Under the pieces are notes generated by a model. The model was given only the letters and a program-made list of their open reading frames with translations. It was not told the origin of the DNA and ran no database searches. Shown here piece by piece: positions 1-8,012 of a stretch of DNA of 13,665 nucleotides. The stretch is from Octopus sinensis. Taxonomy: Eukaryota. A program made the translations under genes and the position numbers. Location of the stretch: contig NW_021826559.1 of NCBI RefSeq assembly GCF_006345805.1, positions 1 to 13,665 on the forward strand, given 5' to 3'. The stretch's first letter is position 1. Each line of letters begins with the position of its first letter.

Positions 1-28
1 CTTAGCACCATTTCTTTTGTTTTACCCG

Positions 29-49
29 TATATACATATATATATTATA

Positions 50-82
<33 letters not shown>

Positions 83-190
83 ATATATATAAATATATAC
101 ATACATAATATTATATATATAGATATATAGATATAAATATATATATATGTGTATATATATGTATATGATATCTATGTGTGTGTGTATATG
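29..190. repeat. (TA)n grading into (TG)n microsatellite
   Basis: Direct reading of the sequence. Confidence 0.95.
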
Positions 191-654
191 TGTGGCATTT
201 AAGTATGTATCTGAGTGTCTTTGCGTATGGCGGGGGGTGTTTTTGTGTAACAGTATAAGCTAAGCATGTGTGATATATCATTGTTTCCCTTCATCTCATC
301 AATATCATAATTATTTCATCAGGAATTTTAAGTCTCCATTCATACTCTTTGAAATAATATAATATACTTGCAACACCCCGCCGCCATTTTCAACAACCCG
401 CCGCTCACATTCTCTACACCCTTTTACCCCTGAATCACCACTCTTTATGCCAAACATCGTCACCACCAGCCCTCCACACTAAAAATGTCACCTAAACCCG
501 TATCTTACACACCAGCGCCATTCTCCATACCGAAGCGCAATCCTTCCTTTTGTTTGATACTTCTGCTCTATGATATAACACGTGTCGTAAATGACTGGCC
601 TTCTTTGTGTATTTCTTGTTATTGTTGTTGTATATATTTTCGGAGCGTTTTTGG

Positions 655-830
655 TGCTGTTTAGCAAACGAACAAAAGATAAGATACCACCACTGAATCG
701 CTGGAATCAGTTTCGAATCTTGATTGAACTAAATTGACTTCATCTATTGTAATAATTCAATAATATGGCGGTGCCCCAGCATGGCCACAGTTCGTGTGCT
801 GAAACTAGATCAGATAAGAAGATAAGAATA
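655..830 (+). mobile_element. Diverged 3' tail of an S2-related SINE
   Basis: 767-806 ggcggtgccccagcatggccacagttcgtgtgctgaaact matches the S2 end ggcggtgctccagcatg (1837-1853) plus the tail piece tggccgcagtcgtatgattgaaac (3926-3949). Upstream similarity is weak, so the left boundary is approximate. Confidence 0.55.
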
Positions 831-846
831 TATATATGTGTTTTCT

Positions 847-1062
847 GGCGGCGAGCTGGCAGAAACGTTAGCACACCGGGCAAAATGCGTAGCCGTATTT
901 CATCTGTCCTTACGTTCCGAGTTCAAGTTCCGCCGAAGTCGACTTTGCCTTTCATCCTTTCGGGGTCGATATATTAAGTACCAGTTACGCACTGGGGTCG
1001 ATGTAATCGACTTAATCTCTTTGTGTGTCCTTGTTTGGCCCCCTGTGGGTAGTAAAGAAATA
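847..1062 (+). mobile_element. tRNA-derived SINE, family S1, near full length
   Basis: Head ggcggcgagctggcagaaacgttagc (A-box-like), B-box-like gagttcaagttcc, body gtcgactttgcctttcatcctttcggggtcga and tail gtgggtagtaaagaaata. Homologous segments recur at about ten other places in the window. Confidence 0.9.
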
Positions 1063-1074
1063 TATATATATGTT

Positions 1075-1267
1075 TTCTGTTGTGTCTGGGGAGAATCATT
1101 TTCTTTTTGTGCCTTATAATATAACACACTCACCGGTAAAATTTCCACTTTTTTTTTTCATATTCTTTTTTCCTAAAATTTTCGTTGCGTCTTGCAACAT
1201 TTTCAATAGTTTTGACTCTTTATTATAAGACACAAAAAGAAAATGACTCTTCCCAGACACAAAAGAA
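1075..1267. mobile_element. MITE-like foldback element with 47-bp terminal inverted repeats
   Basis: 1075-1121 versus the reverse complement of 1221-1267 is 43/47 identical, with a 99-bp spacer. Flanks tatgtt / tatgct could be a 6-bp TSD with one mismatch. Confidence 0.6.
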
Positions 1268-1423
1268 TATGCTTCAACACACGAACTCACATACAGAATC
1301 TTGCAAACCAAATCCCAAAACGAAATATATATGTGTGTGTTTTTGTGTAACAGTGTAATCTAAGCATGTGTGATAGATATATTACTGCTTCCCTTGACCT
1401 CATCAATATCGTAATTATCTCAT

Positions 1424-1853
1424 CAGGAGTGGCTGTGTGGTAAGTAGCTTGCTTACCAACCACATCGTTCAGGGTTCAGTCCCACTGCGTGGCACCTTGG
1501 GCTAGTGTCTTCTACTATAGCCTCGTGCCGACCAAAGCCTTGTGAGTGGATTTGGTAGACGGAAATTGAGAGAAGCCCGTCATATATATTATTTATATCT
1601 ATATAATATATATATATATATAATATATATTATATATATATATATATATGTATGTGGTGTGTGTTGTGTGTGTGTGCGTGTGTATGTTGTGTGTCTGTGT
1701 TTGTTCCCCTAGCATTGCTTGACAACCGATGCTGGTGTGTTTATGTCCCCGTAATTAGCGGTTCGGCTTAAGACACCGATAGAATAAGTACTAGGCTTAC
1801 AAAGAATAAATCCTGGGGTAAATTTGCTCGACTAAAGGCGGTGCTCCAGCATG
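1424..1853 (+). mobile_element. tRNA-derived SINE, family S2 (CORE-like), internal TA/TG microsatellite, 3' end missing
   Basis: Head tggctgtgtggtaag (A box) and gggttcagtccc (B-box-like). ggcaccttgggctagtgtctt resembles the CORE-SINE motif gtgaccttgggcaagtcactt. Homologous heads lie at 2660, 11509 (minus) and 12792. Confidence 0.88.
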
Positions 1854-2000
1854 TTTGTTTCTTTGTGGTCCCTATAGAATGTACGCTATGTAAAAGAGTA
1901 AAACAGTATTAAACTAGGGAAATCTACTACAAAGACATAGCTTAGAGTAGGCTCGGATTGGAGATTATTCTTTGTGGCTAATGGCGTGAGTCCCGACTAG
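1854..2000 (+). pseudogene. Possible degenerate 3' end of an RTE-like LINE followed by a (GAA)n tail
   Basis: One frame reads YVKE*NSIKLGKSTTKT*LRVGSDWRLFFVANGVSPD*, loosely resembling the RTE C-terminal pattern KEDxxKLG...AxDRxxWR. The stop codon runs directly into (GAA)n. Confidence 0.4.
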
Positions 2001-2210
2001 AAGAAGAAGAAGAAGAAGAAGAAGGAGGAGGAGGAGGAGGAGGAGGAGAAGAAGAAGAAGAAGAAAGAGAAGAAGAAGAAGAAGAAGAAGAAGGAGAAGA
2101 AGAAGAGAAGAAGGAGAAGAAGAAGAAGGAGGATGAGGAGGAGAAGAAGAAGGAGGAAGAGGAAGGGAAGAAGGAGGAGGAGGAAAGAAGAGAAGAAGAA
2201 GAAGAAGAAA
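2000..2210 (+). repeat. (GAA)/(GAG) purine microsatellite
   Basis: Direct reading. Source of the poly-S/F/L and R/K ORFs. Confidence 0.95.
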
Positions 2211-2302
2211 TTAAATAAGTACCATTTACGCACAGGGGTCGATGTAATCGACTTAATCTCTTTGTGTGTCCTGTTTGGCCCCCTGTGGGTAGTAAAGAAA
2301 TA
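2211..2302 (+). mobile_element. Recombinant S1 SINE 3' fragment at the duplication junction
   Basis: The left half carries the variants of the 3448 copy and the right half carries those of the 847 copy. Confidence 0.85.
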
Positions 2303-2314
2303 TATATATATGTT

Positions 2315-2506
2315 TTCTGTTGTGTCTGGGGAGAATCATTTTCTTTTTGTGCCTTATAATATAAACACTCACCGGTAAAATTTCCACTTTTTTTTTTCAT
2401 ATCTTTTTTTCCTAAAATTTTCGTTGCGTCTTGCAACATTTTCAATAGTTTTGACTCTTTATTATAAGACACAAAAAGAAAATGACTCTTCCAGACACAA
2501 AAAGAA
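2315..2506. mobile_element. Second copy of the MITE-like foldback element
   Basis: Duplicate of 1075-1267. Confidence 0.6.
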
Positions 2507-2659
2507 TATGCTTCAAAACACGACTCACATACAGAATCTTGCAAACCAATCCCAAAACGAAATATATATGTGTGTGTTTTTGTGTAACATGTAATCTAAG
2601 CATGTGTGATAGATATATTACTGCTTCCCTTGACCTCATCAATATCGTAATTATCTCAT

Positions 2660-2830
2660 CAGGAGTGGGGCTGTGTGGTAAGTAGCTGCTTACCAACCAC
2701 ATCGTTCAGGTTTCAGTCCCACTGCGTGGCACCTTGGGCTAGTGTCTTCTACTATAGCCTCGTGCCGACCAAAGCCTTGTGAGGGATTTGGTAGACGGAA
2801 ATTGAGAGAAGCCCGTCATATATATGTATG

Positions 2831-2871
<41 letters not shown>

Positions 2872-3101
2872 TATATATATATATAATATATATATATAGT
2901 ATATATATGGTGTGTGTGTGTGGTGCGTGTGTATGTTTGTGTGTCTGTGTTTGTTCCCCTAGCATTGCTTGACAACCGATGCTGGGGTTTATGTCCCCGT
3001 AATTAGCGGTTCGGCTTAAGGACACCGATAGAATAAGTACTAGGCTTACAAAGAATAAACCTGGGGTAAATTTGCTCGACTAAAGGCGGTGCTCCAGCAT
3101 G
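2660..3101 (+). mobile_element. S2 SINE, second copy
   Basis: Duplicate of 1424-1853. Confidence 0.88.
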
Positions 3102-3244
3102 TTTGTTCTTTGTGGTCCCTATAGAATGTACGCTAGTAAAGAGTAAAACAGTATTAACTAGGGAAATCTACTACAAAGACATAGCTTAGAGTAGGCTCGG
3201 ATTGGAGATTATTCTTTGTGGCTAATGGCGTGAGTCCCGACTAG
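3102..3244 (+). pseudogene. Second copy of the possible RTE-like 3' fragment
   Basis: Duplicate of 1854-2000 with small deletions. Confidence 0.4.
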
Positions 3245-3447
3245 AAGAAGAAGAAGAGAAGAAGAAGGAGGAGGAGGAGGAGGAGGAGGAGAAGAAGAAG
3301 AAGAGAAAGAGAAGAGAGAAGAAGAAGAAGAAGAAGGAGAAGAAGAAGAAGGAGAAGAAGAAGAAGGAGGATGAGGAGGAGAAGAAGAAGGAGGAAGAGG
3401 AAGGGAAGAAGGAGAGGAGGAGGATAAGAAGAAGAAGAAGAAGAAGA
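3244..3447 (+). repeat. (GAA)/(GAG) microsatellite, second copy
   Basis: Direct reading. Confidence 0.95.
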
Positions 3448-3924
3448 TTAAATAAGTACCATTTACGCACAGGGGTCGATGTAATCGACTTAATCTGTTT
3501 GTCTGTCCTTGTTTGCCCCCTCTATGTTTAGCCCCTTGTGGGTAGTAAAGAAAAGGTATTTCTTCTGCCGCTACGTTCTGAGTTCAAATTCCGCCGAGGT
3601 CGACTTTGCCTTTCATCCTTTCGGGGTCAAAAAATTTATTACCAGTTACGCACTGGAGTCGATATAATCGACTTAATCTGTTTGTCTGTCCTTGTTTGTC
3701 TCTTCTGTGTTTAGCCCCTTGTGGGTAGTAAAGAAATAGGTATTTCGTCTGCCGCTAGGTTCTGAGTTCAAATTCCGCCGAGGTCGACTTTGCCTTTCGT
3801 CCTTTCGGGGTCGATAAATTTAGTACCAGTTACACACTGGGGTCGATATAATCGACTTAATCCGTTTGTCCACTCTGTGTTTAGCCCCTTGTGGGCAATA
3901 AAGAAATAAGAAACGTTAGCACAC
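3448..3924 (+). mobile_element. S1 SINE head-to-tail multimer (5'-truncated unit plus two head-less units)
   Basis: Units restart at ggtatttc at 3555 and 3739 (period 184). The last unit runs into agaaacgttagcacac, which is S1 head sequence. Confidence 0.9.
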
Positions 3925-3925
3925 G

Positions 3926-3964
3926 TGGCCGCAGTCGTATGATTGAAACAAATAAAAAAATAAA
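3926..3964 (+). mobile_element. Detached 3' terminus of an S2 SINE
   Basis: tggccgcagtcgtatgattgaaacaaataaaaaaataaa is the continuation of ccagcatg, as the contiguous diverged copy at 767-806 shows. Confidence 0.6.
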
Positions 3965-4049
3965 GGACATATACCTGGCACTGACTGAATTGGGAAATTA
4001 TTCAAGTATGTTTCTCCCGTCACAGTTGGGAAACTTAAATCCCGATTCG

Positions 4050-4225
4050 GCGGTTGTGGTTTCGAGTTCAAATCGCGGAGAGAAAACTCGACCTCCTATT
4101 TTTATTATCCGGGGTACCTAGTAAATGTTGGAGGCGAGGGGGTCGGTGGGGGTGTCGAAGTACTCAATAATGGGGCGAGGGAGTTGTCTCCCTCCACAAT
4201 TTGTAAACTTCAGCCTTGTATTTAG
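4050..4225 (+). mobile_element. Possible very old S1-like SINE remnant
   Basis: B-box-like cgagttcaaatc at about 4063, followed by weak similarity to the S1 body and to the 6148-type tail (ccctccacaat...gccttgta). Confidence 0.25.
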
Positions 4226-4366
4226 CAATCAATATTTAATACAGCAACACCATTTCTGACTCCAGCGCTTCAATAGCCATTCTTATCTCATAGAAAATAT
4301 GATTAGAAGCTTTTCAATAGAGAATTTTTATAATGAAAAGGCATATAATAATTTAATGCATGTTTA

Positions 4367-4445
4367 TTTATTATTATTATCATTATTATTATTATTATTA
4401 TTATTATTGCTGTTGTTGTTGATGTTGTTATTATTATTATTATTA
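4367..4445. repeat. (TTA)/(TTG) microsatellite
   Basis: Direct reading. Confidence 0.9.
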
Positions 4446-4887
4446 AATTTCTAATTGCTTTTGATTTCTTTGTTTTTGTTTTTATTTTTTTATAAATTCA
4501 TTAATTTTTTTTTCTTGAATATTTTTGGATTTATCGTGTTATCTGATAAATTTATAAGTTGTGCTTATTTATTGTTGTCGTTGTTGTTGTTGGCGTTGGT
4601 GTTGAAGTGTTTTATTTTCTTTGTGTTGTTGTTTGCGAAAAATCATGTTGACATGAAATTTATTTGCTTGTTTTTTTTTTAATTTTTTATATTTTTAATT
4701 TAATTTTTAATTTTTACTCGCTTCGAACTTCTCATACTTTTCCGATTTTCTCCTCTTCCTCTGCCTCATTCTCTTTTCTTCTTCTTCATCTTCTCAATCA
4801 TCCAACTTCATATGCGAAGCACTGTATTCGTTGTCCTACTGCGTTATTCTTCATCATAAATACAACCACCATGGCCACAATGAGTAA

Positions 4888-5024
4888 AATAATAATAATA
4901 GTAATGATAATAATAATAATAATAATAACAATATTAATAAAAATAAAAAATAATAATAATAATAATGAAAATAAAATAATAATAATGATAATAAGGATAA
5001 TAATATTAAAAATAATATTAAAAA

Positions 5025-5055
<31 letters not shown>

Positions 5056-5065
5056 AATAATAATC

Positions 5066-5106
<41 letters not shown>

Positions 5107-5228
5107 AATAACAATAATAATGAAAATAAAAATAACAATAATGATAATGATAATAAGGATAATAATATTAAAAATAATAATAATAATAATAATAATGACA
5201 ACAATAATGATAATAATAATAATAAAAA

Positions 5229-5292
<64 letters not shown>

Positions 5293-5310
5293 TAATAATG
5301 ATAATGATAA
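4888..5310. repeat. Long imperfect (AAT)n microsatellite
   Basis: Direct reading. Source of the poly-Ile ORFs. Confidence 0.95.
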
Positions 5311-5510
5311 GCGTCAGCCGTTCACTTCATCGACGTCCCTCCGCCTCCTATCTCCGTCTCCTCTTCACCACAACATAAAATTTATTCATTAGGTGTTAAT
5401 CCGGGCATTTAATGAGCTGACAAGGTTTGATATCAGAAATTTATAATAAGCATCAGGATTTCTAAGTTTCTAAGGTTCCTTTACTTGTGTTCTTCATTTT
5501 CCTCTAAATC

Positions 5511-5813
5511 ATGTATGTATGTATGTATGTATGTATGTATGTATGTATGTATGTATGTATGTATGTATTTATGTATGTATGTATGTATGTATGTATGTAT
5601 GTATATATGTAATGTTTGTATGTATTTTTGTATGTATGTATTTATATATGTATGCGTATATGTTTGTATTTATGTCTGTATACATACACACACGTGTATA
5701 TTATATATATATATATATATAACATACATACATACATACTATATAATATATATATATTATATATTATATATATATAATATATAAATATATAACATACATA
5801 TATCTATATATAT
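5511..5813. repeat. (ATGT)n followed by a TA-rich tract
   Basis: Direct reading. Confidence 0.95.
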
Positions 5814-6038
5814 ATAGGGAGAGTTTACGAAAAAACAAAAAGACGATGATAGATGGTGTACAAAACAAGCAGATGTATTAGTATAATGTTCAGGAATAGA
5901 AAAAGTCTTTTACGTTTCGAGCCTATGCTCTTCTACAGAAAGGGATACAGGAGAAACAAGGAGAGAAAAAAAGAAGAGAAAAATGGAGAGAAAAAAATGT
6001 GTATAGTGGCTAACGATCTATTATAACGATCTATCATG
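5814..6038 (-). mobile_element. Non-coding repeat carrying a hammerhead motif, probably a Penelope-like element terminal-repeat relic
   Basis: A ~220-bp non-microsatellite block between TA and CA tracts that contains the 5907-5942 motif. The Penelope assignment is inferred from the motif type, and the boundaries are approximate. Confidence 0.5.
5907..5942 (-). ncRNA. Minimal type I hammerhead ribozyme-like motif (A6U variant)
   Basis: The minus strand reads CUUU-CUGUAGA-A-GAGC-AUAG-GCUC-GAA-ACGU-A-AAAG. This gives stem I CUUU/AAAG, stem II GAGC/GCUC, palindromic ACGU in place of stem III, and a GUA cleavage triplet. Confidence 0.65.
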
Positions 6039-6039
6039 C

Positions 6040-6125
6040 ATACATATAACATATGTGCGCACACAAACACACACACCACACACACACTCACACACACACA
6101 CATGCACACACAACACACACACACG
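6040..6125. repeat. (CA)n microsatellite
   Basis: Direct reading. Confidence 0.95.
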
Positions 6126-6147
6126 TATTTTGAAGTGGGAATATAAA

Positions 6148-6365
6148 GACAGCAAACTGGCAGAATCGGAAACACTCCGGGCAAAATGCTTAGCGCCATT
6201 TCGTTCCGCCATTACGTTCTGAGTTCAAATTCTGCTGCGGTCAGCTTTGCCTTTCATCCTTTCGAGATCGAAAAAAATAAGTAGCAGTTGAGTACTGGGG
6301 TCGATGCAATCGATTCACCCCTCCCTGCAAAGTTGCTGGCCTTGTGCCAAAATTCGAAACTATTA
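6148..6365 (+). mobile_element. S1 SINE variant with an alternative 3' tail
   Basis: S1 head and body (ctggcagaatc, ctgagttcaaattc, ctttgcctttcatcctttcg) followed by cccctccctgcaaagttgctggccttgtgccaaaattcgaaac. Confidence 0.85.
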
Positions 6366-6740
6366 GGCAGTGGTAATATAAATAATCCTGCCAATACACT
6401 TGGTAGGATTCCAACGCATATCAGGCTAACTGGGTACTAAAACAAAGATAGAAAAAAATAACCGTTTATTTCCAAAACATTAAAATTTTTTTGTCTGCAT
6501 AATGGCGTCAAGATTACTTCAGATAACCGTACAAACAAACTTGTAAAAGATACTGTGTTGTCGGTTGAATAATTCATTACTACAAATGTTCTTTAATAAA
6601 CTTTTAGCTGTTAAATTGATGCACTGCTTAAATTTTTGCTAATATATGTTCGTGTATATTATAGCAACAGTTAAATGGGTTCGATTTAGAAGTAATTTAA
6701 TTCCGACGCGTGGCTTCAGTCGTGGCAGTATATTAGAAAA

Positions 6741-7172
6741 TTCATCTTCATCAAGATTCCTTAATTGGTGCAGCCAGTCGTAAGGGTGCCACTCTTGACA
6801 CTTTCGTAGTCAGCCGTCGTCACTGTTCTCTGTTCCCTGAAAGGTATAGCAGGTTCGCGGTGTTGTGACCCGACCAGTCCTTGAGGTTGTCAAACCAGGA
6901 TTTTCTCTGCCTGCCTCTCTTTGCCCCACCCCCTTAACTGTGCCCTTTAGCATGGCATTGGAGAGGGAGCTGTGGCGGTACATGACCACACCAACAAACT
7001 TTCGTCTTCCTACCTGAGCGAACAGTGGCTCTTGTCTACCAGCATGTCTGTTGACGTGCTATATCACAAAGCTGTTCGCTTTCTGCTCCGTGTACGGAAT
7101 GTGTAATAACCTTCTGAAGCACTTGTGCTCAAATGTCTGGATTCATCGCTCCATGTCAGCTATAAGAGTCCA
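6741..7172 (-). pseudogene. 5'-truncated RTE-clade LINE, C-terminus of the RT ORF plus short tail
   Basis: The minus strand, allowing for frameshifts and stops, reads WTLIADMER*IQTFEHKCFRRLLHIPYTEQKANSFV...QEPLFAQVGRRK...WCGHV.RHSSLSNAMLKGTVKG...RGRQRKSWFDNLKDWSG...NREQ*RRL...IKES*, then tgatgaagatgaa. This is the typical RTE post-RT region. Confidence 0.92.
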
Positions 7173-7292
7173 TTAAGAGATTACGTTACTTATAAAGCAA
7201 TTATCTTCAAGGGGACATTGAGAAGTGATTCAATAATTACAAAGTCAATTGTAAGGAGTCTTCTAAAGCCCTACTGCTATTTCTTTTATTTT

Positions 7293-7604
7293 CTTTGCCT
7301 TTCATCCTTTCGGGTGTCGATTAAATAAGTACCAGTTACACACTGGGGTCGATATGATCGACTTAATCCATTTGTCTGTCCTTGTTTGTCCTCTCTGTGT
7401 TTAGCCCCTTGTGGGTAGTAAAGGAATAGGTATTTCGTCTGCCGTTACGTTCTGAGTTCAAAATCCGCCGAGGTCGACTTTGCCTTTCATCTTTTCAGGT
7501 GTCGATAAATTAAGTACCAGTTATGCACTGGGGGTCGATATAATCGACCTAATCCCTTTGTTTGTCCCCTCTATGTTTAGCCCCTTATGGGCAATGAAGA
7601 AATA
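7293..7604 (+). mobile_element. S1 SINE dimer (5'-truncated unit plus head-less unit)
   Basis: Internal junction gtagtaaaggaata|ggtatttcgtctgcc at 7429, the same junction as at 3555 and 3739. Confidence 0.9.
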
Positions 7605-7761
7605 GGATACATATGTCCCATATACGTGTTACTGAGCCGATGATGTGTGTGGTGAGAATTGTATGTGTATAGATATAAAAGATGGAAAATACGCTTAATA
7701 CTGTCGTTGTACAAATCGTTTCAACTGACTGACTCTGTATACTTTCTGGCTTCCAGTCTTT

Positions 7762-8012
<251 letters not shown>

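Larger units (their letters stand above)
994..3496 (+). repeat. Tandem duplication, two ~1.24-kb units
   Basis: Near-identical sequence at an offset of ~1240 (agtaaagaaa at 1051 and 2291). The shared 25-bp block occurs at 994, 2235 and 3472. Confidence 0.95.

Noticed and set aside
372-405. YY1-like gccgccatttt within a short direct repeat (caacaccccgccgc / caacaacccgccgc)
   Set aside because: It is a single short motif with no CpG island or promoter context, so chance cannot be excluded.
1978-2544. 188-aa and overlapping ORFs rich in S/F/L/R
   Set aside because: They are translations of the GAA/GAG tract and neighbouring repeats, with no domain signal.
3448-3924. Regularly spaced repeats suggesting a CRISPR array
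   Set aside because: The units are ~184-bp SINE bodies with no unique spacers, in a eukaryotic context with no cas genes.
4664-5233. 189-aa Ile-rich ORF resembling a membrane protein
   Set aside because: It is a translation of (AAT)n.
6011-6034. taacgatctat repeated twice, possible TSD
   Set aside because: Only 2 bp separate the copies, which fits a local slippage duplication.
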